DNA from: Cyanophora paradoxa CCMP329
Lineage: Eukaryota > Plantae > Glaucophyta
Assembly (NCBI GenBank): GCA_004431415.1
Contig: QPMI01000395.1
Location: 496,001-560,000 of the forward strand
Direction: 5' to 3'
Length of the DNA stretch: 64,000 nucleotides
The position numbers were made by a program, and so were the translations under genes. Numbering within the stretch: position 1 is the stretch's first letter; each line of letters begins with the position of its first letter. The notes beneath the pieces were generated by a model. That model had not been told where the DNA came from, did not search any database, and saw nothing but the letters and a program-made list of their open reading frames with translations. Below are positions 13,600-26,200 of the stretch, one piece after another.

Positions 13600-13960
13600 C
13601 GGGCCGGGCGGGCGGAGGCGCGGCGGGCGGCGGCGCGGCTCGCTGGGCGGGGCGGAGGCGCGGCGGGCGGCGGCGCGGCTCGGCGAGCGGGGCGGAGGCG
13701 CGGCGGGCGGCGGCAAGGCTCGCCGGGCGGGGCGGAGGCGCGGCGGGCGGCGGCAAGGCTCGCCGGGCGGGGCGGAGGCGCGGCGGGCGGCGGCGCGGTT
13801 CGCAGGGCGGGGCGGAGGCGCGGCGGGCGGCGGCGCGGCTCGGCGAGCGGGGCGGAGGCGCGGCGGGCGGCGGCAAGGCTCGCCGGGCGGGGCGGAGGCG
13901 CGGCGGGCGGCGGCACGTGCACGCGTACGGCTCGGCGAGCGGGGCGGAGGCGCGGCGGGC
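13600..13960. repeat. GC-rich minisatellite, 40-bp unit, about 9 copies
   Basis: ggcggaggcg recurs at 13611, 13651, 13691, 13731, 13771, 13811, 13851, 13891. Confidence 0.9.
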
Positions 13961-15257
13961 GGCTGCGCGGCTCGGCTGGCGGGGCGGCGGCACGGTTCGC
14001 CGGGCGGGTTGGCCGAACTTGCCGCCGGGACGCGTGCAGTGCCGTGCACCGCCGCGTGCACGGTCTTAACTTGACTCTTAAGATCTTGCAATTGGAATTG
14101 GTCTTGAATCTTGATCATCGATATCGTTAGCGTTACCGTTCTTCGATTACTACATTAGGTGAATTAGATAATGATCGATCATGCAGGTCTTGAAACGATT
14201 TCGGTACCAGGTACCGAAACCCGCCAATGGGCCGCAATTTTCCGAAAATATTAACGGCAAATTCGTCGGCAACTTGGCAATTCATCATGGCCGCGGGCAT
14301 GCCATGATGTGCATTTTCGCACTCTTTTCCCGGGAATTTCTGACAACTTGGCAATTTCCTGTCGGATCGAACTCGGAGCCTCGGATCCGGAGACTAGGGC
14401 CCGGAGTTGTCCTCTTAGTAGCTGAAACGCTCGGCCGGCGGCGCCGCGCGCGCGCGGCGCCGCCGCGTCCCCGTACCGGCCCGTACCGTGCCGTACGACG
14501 TACGCGTACGTACTACCGCCGCCGGGGCGTCGCCGGCGACGTACGCGTCGACTCGCCGCGGCGCGCGCGCCGCGCGCGCGATCGCGAATATATATATATA
14601 TACCTATATTAATCATGATCTCGCCGCGGACTCGGGGAGTCGGGGCGGGGATCGGCCTGGATTCGGCCATGGGGCCTGGGCCATGGCCCATGGGCCATGC
14701 GGGCCATGATGCGGCCCATGCCAGCTGCAGGCGCCGGCTGCCCCGCCGCGGAGGAAGCTGGGTGGCAGGGTATACGTACCCGGAGGGTACCGTACCGTGC
14801 CGGAACCGGGAAGCAGCTCACTGAGTCACTGAGTCAGCGCGCGGCACTGCGGCGGCAGTACTTCCGGTAGTGCAGCAGCAGTAGTGCTTCGGCCCTTCGC
14901 CTTCGGTCGCATTACTCAGGCTAGAGGCTCCCAGAGCTCGACTCGACGAGGTCGCCGATCGGAAGAACGTTAACTCCCGCGCCGTACTGCCGGTGGTTCT
15001 ACGGTAAGCGCCAGTGCGCCCGCCGCCCGCCCGCCCGCCCGCGCGCTCCAGACAGCTGCAGGCCCGACTAGACTATTCTAGGCCTCAGGGCCTGGCGAGC
15101 TAGATCATGATTATCGGAACGTTTTAACCCCCGCGCCCGGCCCGATCGTTCGCTCAGCAGCGGCTGCTGCTGCGACCCTGGCCGGCCACGGCGAGCTCCA
15201 TCGATATCGTGCTGACTTGGATCCGCTGAGCGCAGCCGCAACAGCCGTACAGACGCC

Positions 15258-16689
15258 ATGGCATCGTGCACCGCGCCCACCAAGTTCTTCGCGGAGCGCT
15301 TCACGGAGAAGTTCTGCGCGTTCGACATCCAGACCCAGCTGCAGCCGGGCTCCCTCGCCGACTCGCAGCTCATCCGCTCGCAAGTCGCCAACGATGCCTC
15401 GGTGCGCCCCGGGCCCGGCCGCGGGCTAAGCCTAGTAGACCTAGGCCTAGGCCTTCGGAGATACACTCGGCGGATTCGTCGACGTCCTGCTGGCATATGC
15501 ATGCATATGGGCGGCTTTAATTTGGCTTCGATATCGATAATCTATGTGCACGATCTAGATCTGTTCCCGGAGTCGACTCCGATCCGATGCTGATCACGCG
15601 CCCGGCAGTCGGCCTGCGAGTCGGACCTGACCAACTACGCGCTGTGCATGTGCGGGGACCCGGACGCGCTGGGCCTCGACTTTAACAACCGGTACACGCC
15701 CGAGTTCCAGGCGTGGGAGGCGTGCGGTAAGGCCATCCTGGAGGGCCCCGACGGCCGCGCCAAGTGCCAGGCCGACCAGGCCCTCGTCGACGGCGCCGAC
15801 GACGCCACCTGCGCCGCCGCCGCCTCTGCGGACTCCGCCGGGCCCTGCGGGCCGCTTCCCAAGCTCTTCGCGGAACGCTTCGCTGACGCCGTCGCCGCGG
15901 ACCCCGTCGCGGACCGCTCGTACCTCGCCTTCGACGTTCAGGTGAGCGCGCGCTTGGCGATGGATGCTTCGAATTTTGGGCCGCATTATTATCATTAACA
16001 TTTTAATTAAATGCTTCGAATTTTGGGCCGCCCCGCTCATTTATAGTAACCTCATGCAGCAAGATTAATTAACATTCCTCCTCTGCCGCAGACGAAGTGT
16101 ATGACCGAGCTGATGGCCCACGTGACGTGCGCCTGCGGGGACCCCGCCGCCCTCGGCATCGACTTCTCCAACCCGACGTCGCCGGCGTTCCAGGCCAGTA
16201 CTATAGCTAGTAACGGCCGGCCGGCACCGCCGGCGGGGCTAATTCAACCTTCACGGCGTTCAATTAAAACTTTAGGGCGTTAGATTCAATTTAATATGAC
16301 GAACCCTTCAGCTTGAAGAGTGACACCGGGCCCCGATTCGCAGGAGTGGGACGCGTGCGTGCGGCCGCTGATGACGGAGGGCCAGAAGTGCAGCATCGAC
16401 TGGGACCTCGTCAACGCCCCGAGCGCGGCCCTCGACGCCGACGCGCAGGAGGCCGACGCCGAGGCCGAGGCGGTGCGCCCTCTCACACACGATGTCCAAT
16501 TAATGTTCCTCCGTGCACGTGCCGCCCGCCGCCCGAGGCATATTTGCGCTAGCGCTCTCGGCCGCTCTCGTGGCTATGACCTCTCTTAATTATAGGCTCG
16601 CCCGCGCGCAGGAGGGGGACGACTTCGACTTCGCTGAGGCCATCGCCGCCGCCGACGCCGAAGCCGCCGCCGCCGACCTCGTCGCCTAG
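15258..16689 (+). CDS. Hypothetical protein with two internal six-Cys repeats and acidic Ala-rich tail; 5 exons seen, upstream exon possible
   Basis: Repeat 1 KFFAERF...CMCGDPDALGLDFNNRYTPEFQAWEAC...KCQAD; repeat 2 KLFAERF...CACGDPAALGIDFSNPTSPAFQ|EWDAC...KCSID. Confidence 0.75.
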
Positions 16690-18109
16690 CCGCCTAGCCG
16701 CCCACAGCTAGCCGCCCGCTCGGCATTGATGGAATGGCATAACTGGAGTGGCCGCGGAGCTCGCATGTACGCTCGCCGGTCGCCGCTCGGGGGAGGAAGA
16801 GGATCCGGAGAGAGCCGGGGGGGGGAGAGGGGCAGGGGGAGGGGGGGGGCTGGGGCGGGGGAGCCGGGGCCGGGGGGAAGGGGGAGGGAGGGGGCGGGGA
16901 AGATCGGGGGAGGGGGGGGGGGGGGGCGGGGGGGGGGAGACCCCCCGGGGGGCCGGAGGCGGGGAGCGAGGCCTAGGGGGGACCGTCGGACCCGCCTTTC
17001 AGAGTGAGTGAGCCGAGAACAGGTTTTGGGCGATGGGTCGGGTGAGGAGGTGATCATGATCATGAGGAGAGGGGGGGGAGGGGAGGGGGGGCGGGTAGAG
17101 CCGACGACCGATAGCCAGCACATACACGTATGCCCGGAGGCAAATTGCAAGGGGGGGGTCTTTTTTTCCGTTGGCAAAATCCTCAAAATAAGAGTCTTTT
17201 TATTTCGACAGCTGCCCGACGGAAGCCGCTAGACCGGCAGCGAGGCACGCGCGGTGGCCGGCATGCGATCTAGATCTAGCGAGAGCGAGGGCGCTAGCGC
17301 TATGCAGCCGACCCCGGGCAACACGCTCATCGGGCGCGCGGGGCGGAGGCGCTGCGGGCGGCGAAGCTCGCTGGGCGGGGCGGAGGAGAGCCTCGGAGAC
17401 AGGCGGCTGCGCGGCTCGGCGGGAGGGGCGGAGAGACGGGCGCGCGGCGGCGTGGCTCGGCGGGCGGGGCGGAGTAGCTCTAGCGGCGGGCGGCGCGCTT
17501 TTCAGCGGGCGGGAGCCGCGGGGCGGAGACGCGGCGGGGCGGCGGGGCGCCAGTTCCGAAGTTCAATTCAATTCAATTTTCCATTTCAAGGGTTTTTTGT
17601 TCTGAGAGCTATTGAAGTCTGGTAGGCAGTGGTAGCCCAGGGCCCAGGCCCCAGGCGTACGCGTAGCGAGCGCTAGCTGCAGCTTAAAGCTTGCAGATCA
17701 TCGGATGCCGTCTTCGTCTAATTAGACCCCACCTCGCACATCCTGAGACGAGCGGGGGGCGGGCGCCTGGCGCGAGTCGAAGACCTAGGATTGAAGATGA
17801 CCTACTATTGAAGAAGAAGAAAGATCTAGAGGGGGGAGGGGGGGAATGCGGGGGGCGGGGTGGGGGGTAGAGAGGGGCGAGCGGGGCGGGGCGGAGTCGG
17901 GGAGGCGGAGGGGGGAGGGGGGGCGGCGGAGGGGGAGTGGGGAGGATGCAAGGTGCTGAAACGCGAGGGACATAGAGCCGAAACAGGAAAGGGTTACCAG
18001 GCGATCGAGCTTGATCTCGCGGGCTTACGGTGGAGGCGGCCATCGGCGCGCACCCCCCCCCCCCACCCCCCCCCCACCCCCCCCACCCCCCCCCCCACCC
18101 CCCCCACCC

Positions 18110-19535
18110 CCCCCTCCCCTCCCCCTATTCTGCTGCTTGCAATCGCTGATCACGACCGAATCGAACGCACAGGAGCAGCCGCCTCGGAGCAGTCGCAGCA
18201 GCGCATGCCCCCGGGAATGGATCAGTACACGCCGCGCAAGGGCGAGGGCTAGGGCGAGGGCGATGCGGCGTCGGCTTCGGCGCCGCTCTGGGGCTCCGGT
18301 GTGGCCCCGGGCCCCCTCACCGGAGGTCTACGTCGGTCCCAGGGCATGATGGCGGCGCCCGCGCCCGTTTCGGTGCGCCCGTTATTAATTTTGGCGGCCG
18401 CGGCCGCGGGTGCGTGCCGCATTAATTTTATAATATTGGCGCTTAACTATGAAGACGGCGCCGGCGCAGGTGGCTTTCAAAGGCGACTCGAGTGAGTGAT
18501 CATGATCATGCACTCAATTTTATCTGCAGCAGGGACGTCTCCAGATCCCCGAATCCCCTATAGCCAAGTAATTGTAGTCGCAAATTTATTTCAACGCTTA
18601 TCATAGATCTAGAAATCAAGCCCGAGCCGCGTCACGGGGTGCATACACAAAATAATATTCGAAACTTGCAAGTCAATCCTTGGCAGAGAGCTAGAGGGCG
18701 GCACAACAAGCACGCGCGGCCGGCTAGTCGTCGGGGTACGCGGCCGCGAGGTCGGGGGTAGGCTCGTAGCGGCCCTTCGCCGCGTCCCATCGGATGAAGT
18801 CCCATCAGTTTAATCTGCAGCAGGGACGTCTGCAGCATAGCGCGGGGGTACGATGCCCGGGGCGTCCCAGCCCACCACGGCCCCCAGTACTACGGCAGAC
18901 GGCGGATCTATAAACGTAATTGAAAAGGCATCAGGTGAGTGGGAGGGGGAAGGAGGCAGGGAGGGGTACCCGAGGGGTACGAGGAGGTGAGTGGGAGGGG
19001 GAAGGAGGCAGGGAGGGGTACCCGAGGGGTACGAGGAGGCGACGAGGGGGGGTAGGAGGCGAACGACGTCTCCGATCCGGAAGCGGGGGTCCCCTGCGGC
19101 GAAAATGAGAAGCCAGGGGGGGGTAGAGGGAGCTGGAACGCGAGGGACCCTAGAAGCCGAAGCAGGAGAGGGGTACCGACGGCGCACCGTGCATACCCCT
19201 GCGGCGGCGGGCCCCCGAGGGCCCCTCCTCCTCGCTGAGCGTCGCCTCCGCCTGCGGGGGGTACCGGTGTAAAAGAAAGAAACTGAGGCTGCGAAGGGTA
19301 CACGCCTTGCAGAGGAGCCGGTCGACGAGGGGTACCTATCGAGTTCGAGTTCGAGTTCGAATTCAAAGTCGGGTTTTACCTATCGAGTTCGAGTTTCGGC
19401 GGAGGCGGGGGGGGGGGGGGGGGAGGGAAGAAGCGGGGGGAAGAGTCGGAGGGGGGTAGGACCTGGACAGAGGCGGCCTCGAGCTCGCCGGCGCCAGCGG
19501 GGGCCTGCGCACGAAGCGTCTCGAGCTCCGCCATA
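18110..19535. pseudogene. Segmental duplicate: 3' end of the 7919..12616 gene (+, with premature TAG) joined to 3' exons of FBXO21-like gene (-, with internal deletion)
   Basis: 18110..18800 matches 12150..12840; 18838..19535 matches 29480..30095. Confidence 0.85.
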
Positions 19536-20237
19536 GCCTCAGGGCCTGCCGACCCGGACCCCCTTTCGTCAGATCTAGATCTAGAGCAGCGTCGGTGGCG
19601 GTGGCGAAAGCGGCCAGGATTTCAGAGGTACGTACCCTGTCCTATCTCAGCGGCGGCGTACGTACCCCCTCTTGCACCAGCGGCGGACCTCGGTCGAAGC
19701 TTAGAATCCAATGATGAGCTCAGATTCGTTACACACTAAGCATTTCCTCTACAAAATGAACGCTCTCAAGGCTTAATTTATAAGCTGAAGCTTTATCTTA
19801 GACCATAGCTCAAAGTACTGATACGTATACGTATACCCTCGTTCATGTTTGCCCCGGCGTCTTGACTTGTTCCCGACCTCCCTCGAGCTTCTCTCGGGAG
19901 TCCCTCCCAATGGTGCACGTGAATCGAAGTGGGCGGGACGGCTGATCATGACGGCTCGAGTATATATGCGGTTCGAACTGATGCCGACAATGGCCAGACG
20001 TTAGCAATAGCTATGCGAAATTCTGCCCTTATGACAATACGAATGAAATTTTCTGGCCGAATGAACCAGAGTGCAATGCATGATTGGGTTTTTCAGCAGA
20101 ACATTATAACTATAGAATAGCGCAAGCGAACTTAGATCTTCGAAAATCTTGCATCCTAAAAAAGAATTCTGAAGATTAAATTTTTTTGGTTCGAAGTTGA
20201 ACGATGGTGAACGACGAGTGTCGAAACTCGCGAGAGC

Positions 20238-23200
20238 TTAGCGCCAACGGTACAGACTGATGGGGGCCATGGCCAGCGCGCCAACTTCCGACTCGTCCTC
20301 CTTGACTTCTGCGAAAATGGCCTTGATATCGTTGAGCACCTCGTCGATCTGCGGCGGGTTTAGGCGGCGTCTCCAAGGGCACCGGTTCTCGAGGCGACGC
20401 ACCCAGGGCAGGAACGAGCTCAAGAGCCAGCCGGGCTCTTCAGCTGCAGCCTCGCCGCCGTCGCCAGGAAGCTTCTTCTCAGCCTCCTGTCGCCGGGCCC
20501 CCATGTCGTCCAGGATCGCCCGCAGCCTCGGCGCCATTGAGGTTCTGTCGTTGTACTGCATGCTATCACGTTAGGGGCGGGCCCTGCACATGTGTATAAA
20601 TATCGATGCAGATTTCACGCACTATGGCTCCGGCGAATTCTGGGTTGGCCCCGCTTGTGTGCCGGAAAATGCGCCGAGGGCATAAAGCGAGCTGCGGCAC
20701 ATCAGCAATCGAAGGAAACTTTCATGCATCTAGATCTGACGAAACGCACATTCTGCCCATGGCCAGCGCCGAACTCTGCCTGTAGATCCCACACACGCAT
20801 TGTCTTGTACTGCCAAGTGACTGCCCACCGCCCGTCCTGCAGATAGGAAACGATGAAAAGGCGGCCGCGGCCGCAGCGACATCGATATCAACTCAAATGA
20901 CTCAAGCGCACTGCTGACAGAGATGCTTTGAAGCCTTCCAACTGCTGCAGCTCCTTCCCGGTCTCCAAGTCCCACACTCGCATTGTCTTCACTCTTGTAT
21001 TGTTGGCCAAGTAGTCGCGTTCGTCGGCCGTGACCGCCCGCCGACCGTCCTGTGTGCCGTCGACGGAGCTTTCGTCAGCAGCCTGCAACCGACTCGAGCT
21101 CCATTAAAGGACACAACGCACCGCAGAGAGAGCCACGAAGTAGAAATCATAATCGCCCGCTTTGAGCGTCAGTTGCCGGATCTCCGACCACTTCTTCAAG
21201 TCCCACAGCGTCACTGATCATGACTTGTTCTGGTCGCGCGACACTGCCCGCCTTGCGTCCTATCAATTGCCGTCACCGTCACCGTCGATTGCAAGCTCCA
21301 GTCATTATAATTAAAGGCGCTGCTACAAGCTGTTACAAGTGTTGCGCACCGGTGAGATGGCGATGGACGTAATGCTGACGTCATCCTTGACGCCCAGCCG
21401 CTTCGATCTCTTTGACGGCACCTTCTCTGGTTGATCCGTGTTCACATCGAATTCCACCATCTCGCGTCCGGCCCGATTTCTCCAGGCAATTGCCCGCCGA
21501 CCGTCCTGGAAAATTCAACAGTCAGCATTACAGTCAGGAAATTTAAAAACCGCTGATTGCTGAGCGTTCGCACCGCCGAAAGAGCCACAGAGTCAAACAC
21601 GTCATATTGGGTCTCGGAAGAAAGCTTGAGGCTGACCAGTGGCATGTCCCCAGCATTGGAGTTCAGGTCCCAAACATCGGCGACTTGGTTCCGGTTGAGC
21701 ACAATGAGTCGCTTGTTGTCCTGCAAGCCACGCGCCCGTCAGCACGGCAGCATGGGGGCCCAATCGCTATCCCGGCCGCCCGACATCGGGTTAACTTGCC
21801 GCCGAGATAGCCAGTGATAGAATTGCGGTTTCCGTTGTGCGGTTCCCAAACCGAGTGGTCGTGTCCATGCGTCGACTCTCCTTCGAACTCGAGCCCTTCA
21901 TTTGCCGCAGTTCCATTCCCGTCTCTAGATCCCAGACACGCAGTAGCCCGCTGGAGCTGCCTGAGACCGCCTTTCTGCCATCCTGTGCAAAGATAAACGG
22001 ACAGCTCAGCCTTCCATCCGGTGCATGTCTCCGCAAGCACGTGCACGGGCACGGACCGCCGACACAGCCAAGCATGCGATGACATCCACGTGACCCTCCA
22101 TTTGAGGTCGGTGCAAGACAGCCTTCGTGTCCATCTCCCATAGACGCACGGTTTGATCGTCACCACCCGAAACCGCCCGCCTCCCATCCTGCAGCCCCGG
22201 CCCCAACCTCAGCATATGCGCATGCCCTGTCTCAACGCAAGACACGAAGAGACTACGTGCACTCACCGCAGACAGGGCGACACAGACCACATCACCCGTG
22301 TGGCCTTTCAGCTGCCTCACCGACTCGCCCGTGACGAGGTCCCAGAGCAGCACGTTCCCACCGCCGCCGGTCGATGCAGCCCATCGCCCATCCTGTGCAC
22401 GACGTCAGCAAAGAGCTGCAGGCCATGCCAGGAGGAGGAGCTCTTCGCACCGCAGACAGAGACACACGCAGGTTTCTCAGATCGCAGTTCTCCAACCGCC
22501 GTTCTGCACCCTCCTCCTCCAGGTTCAGCACTCGAACCGCGTGCCCGCTACGGAAGAGCGCATGTCGTCCGTCCTGCCACAGCGACCCGGTAATCGGCTC
22601 GTCATTGCAGCTCGTCATCAATTGCAAAAAACGCACCTGCGACAGGGCCAGAAGATTCATATCCTGACCGCTTCTAGGCCACGGCAGCTCCTGCAGCTCT
22701 GCGCCCGTTTCCACGTCCCGCACAAGCACCATCTTCTCCTTATCCTTTTCGGATTTCATGCTGACCATCCGCCTTCCATCCTGCGGCCGTGCCGGGCCGG
22801 CTATCATCAGCAAGCGCTGAGCTCAATAAAAATAGGTTTGCACAAGCCACGTACTGCGGACAAAGTCGCGAAAGCCTCAGACGTCGAGTCGCGATCGCGA
22901 TCGGAAGGTGGGAGCCTTCGCAGCTCCTTCCCCGGGCCCGTCTTTACATCCCATAATTGCACTTTCTTGTAGTCACGGCATGTCACCACGCGCTTCCCGT
23001 CCTGCCGTACGGATCGATCTTAAGCATAGAGTTGCAACGTTCACGTCTCCACACGATCCTGGCAGAACGCACCAGCGACACGGCCACGCCAATGAAGTCC
23101 GCCGCAAGCACCAGCCACCACAGCTCCTGCCCCTTATCCAAGTCCCAAACTCTCACGGTGCCGTCCCGGCTGCTTGAAGCCGCGCGCCGGCCGTCCTGCT

Positions 23201-26200
23201 TGCGGGATCGCGACCCTCAGATCTTCAGGTCGAAGAAAAGGGATCGATATCGTCTTCAAAAATACAAACCGCAGAGCAAGCTACAGATGTGATCGTGTCT
23301 TTGTGGCCGCCAAATTGCCACAGCTGTGCTCCTGACTCCAGATCCCAGACTCGTACTGTCTTGTCATCGCCGCCAGACACCGCGCGCTTCCCGTCCTGCC
23401 GCCGTACCGCTATCATGATCAGAAAAGATGTTGATCATGAAATCGGCATTCGGGCACGCACCGCACTGATAGCCACAGAAGCCACCCGACTTTTGTGACC
23501 GCGAAGCGCGGGAACGATGCTCACGGCACAGCGGTCCAATTTCGCGCCAGAGAGGTTTGCGCCCACCAGATTCGCTCCATCTAAGAAGCATTCCGTGAGG
23601 TCTGCCTCGGAGAAGTCTGCTCCCGCAGCCTCCAATCGCTGCAGATCAGCCCCGGGTACGCGAATCCCTTGCAATCGCGCGTTTGCGAAAGAGAAGCCGG
23701 CTGCCGCATGCGTAAGCGCTTCAAGCCGCGCGATGCGGCTACATGCATATGGCGCACCATAATTCAGAATAGTTATCGCATTGGAGGCGGCCGTGATATC
23801 TTCCTTAGACGCTTTGCGGCTCCGGCTCCCTGCAAGCAGCCACAGGAGATGCTGACCACGAGCTCGGCGTCAAAGGACGTCAAGCAAGCAAAAAGAAACG
23901 CAATTGAAGGAAGCGGATCACATCGCGGTAGGATGAATCCTTCGAGCAGCGGTCGGCGTGGAACCTCAGCAGGCTCGGCTCACCCACAATGGATCTGCGT
24001 ATGCATTAAATGTCAGTCAGACGGACGGACTGACCAAGGCCTTCGTGAATTCAGTCCAAATCACCTTGTGTGGAGGATGCTGTATGCGGCCTTGGGCCTA
24101 GATGCTTGTTCTGTTCCATCCATGTCGCTCTGCACAAGTGTAGGACGTTTCGAGTAAGTGGCGCGATTTAGAAATTGAAAGGGGTCGACGGACGACTCTC
24201 TGTTCGGTGCTCTTGAATGCAAAGTCCGCAGCGAAGTATTCGAGCAAAGTCTGGCGCGCAGATCAAATAGAAAACGCAAATGCGTGTTGGGAAACGCACC
24301 TTGTGCAGGAAGCGCACGTAGATGAACTCTCCCGCACGAATGATGTGCAGCGGACTAGACTCTAGCGCTAATTTTTGGAGCGGATCTTTGCTCGTGAGCA
24401 ACGTCACGCAATCCGCCTCGCTGGCGAGATTTGCTTCCGCGGAAGGACTCTTCTCGAGCGCTCCCATCGGTCGGAAGATACCGGCTTCTGCAGGCGAAGA
24501 GGAAAGAGGGCAAGCGACTTCAGATATGGACGCCTGCAGCAGCAACGATGAGGAGACTACAAATTCTCAAATCGAAACGAAGAAAGCAGTGCACCCGATA
24601 CATGGAACAAGCAAGTTCGCGGCAGAAGCCTCCGCAGTAGGAGTGGAACTGCTCTGCACCCCAATTACAATCTTCTGCATTCGCACAGTCTCAATGAGCT
24701 GGACAGGCCTAGGAATCCAAGCTTCAATTTTACAGAGTTCACCTGAAATCTTACGGCTTGTATCATTTACTTTAATCCACTGTCTTTCGAACCAGTTCTG
24801 CAAAAAATGCATGTACATTAGTGAAACAAATTACTTAGTATGGAGTTCAGCTCTAATGAAATCAAAACAAAACGGGAAAATAAACAGTAGCGCACCGAAA
24901 CGAAATAAGAATACAGTTCCAGACAAGAAAATGCTTCGTCGCGAGCATTTGTTACCTTTCCTTCTCGCTTTTTACTGCGCAGAAGGAATGAGCCTGAGTA
25001 TTGATGCACTTGCAATGTGCAAAGGGGAGGCGCACCGCTCCAGATTTTCGACGACCTCCGGCAGCACACGAGCAACCATGCTGTGGGGGCCAATGGCACC
25101 GTTACCGTTCGCGGGAGGGCGGCGGAGGTCATAATTATATCAGCAAGCACCTCAACGAGAAAGGGTTGGTGACGAGAGCTGCTGCGCCGGGGATGCGATT
25201 GATGTGCTGCAGGTAGTCTTTTGCACTCCACATGCACTCAACCGAGGCGCCCACTTGCTTGTGAAGCTCCACAAATTTTTGAAAGTAATCGATTATCTGC
25301 GAAAGGCTTCATTTCAGCGACGCGCACTTCATCTTTGGCGAGTGCGCACTTCGTCGGGCCCAAACATGCGCGTGCACAGCTCCGTCAGCGATGAAGATCT
25401 AGAAGCCCCGGCGCGCGCGGGCTCCATGTTCGGTGTGAACAGTTCCTGCCAGTGATTAAGCGCCAGCACATTCACAAGAGACACATGTGAGCATGGTTTG
25501 CACCTTGTAGTTCGGCAGACGCGCGGTGTAGGCCAGGCGGCATGTGATGATTGCCCCGGAAGCCCACGCGCTTGCATCGTTCGTGCGCCAGAGATTTACC
25601 TTCACGTCCAGCTCGTCATACGCATCCAGGAGAAGAACGAGCCCGCGCCTGTTCGGTGCGCACGCATGAATATTAATATCACACGCGGTCCGCGCGCGCT
25701 CATGATCACTCGTGTTTGATCAAGGGTAGATCGTTGGACTCGACGCCGAGCTCCTTGGCGACGTGTTCACGCAGGCCGTTGCGCGCTTTCGCCTTGCTGA
25801 GGGTCGTGAGCCGCACGAGACATGTCACCGGCAGCGCGCCGTCAGCCGCCGGCCCGCGCCCCGACTCCAGCTGCTCGCAGGCCTTGCCGTGGAGGAAGGA
25901 GAGGAAAGTTGACTTGCTGGAGCCGGCCTCCCCCACGAGGAGAAGCACCCGCGGGTCCGCGGCCGCCGCCGGCTCCGCGGCCGCCGGAGACGGCACGAAG
26001 CAGCGGAGAAAGGCCTTGACCTCGTCGAAGAGGTCCACCACCCTCGAGTCCTCGCCTTCAACGTCGTCGCCTTCGCCTTCGCCGGCCCCCGTCGTGGCCT
26101 TCGGCGGCACGTACAGCTCCAGGTCCTTCTTCGAGGCTCGCGCGTCCATCCAGTTCTTGGCGTACTGCGCACCAGATCTACATCAGGCGAGAGCGCCGTG

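Noticed and set aside
13255-14130. Long ORFs in all six frames
   Set aside because: Product of a stop-free 40-bp GC minisatellite; period not a multiple of 3.
14130-14420. Possible transposon terminus (repeated GGCAA/AACTTGGCAATT motifs)
   Set aside because: No partner inverted repeat or TSD found in the window.
21218-21220. TGA as selenocysteine or genetic-code change
   Set aside because: TGA ends other genes here, no SECIS recognised, and the gene has an independent lesion.
24322-25134. 270-aa plus-strand ORF inside the NLR-like gene
   Set aside because: Antisense to NACHT-associated exons; no motif of its own.
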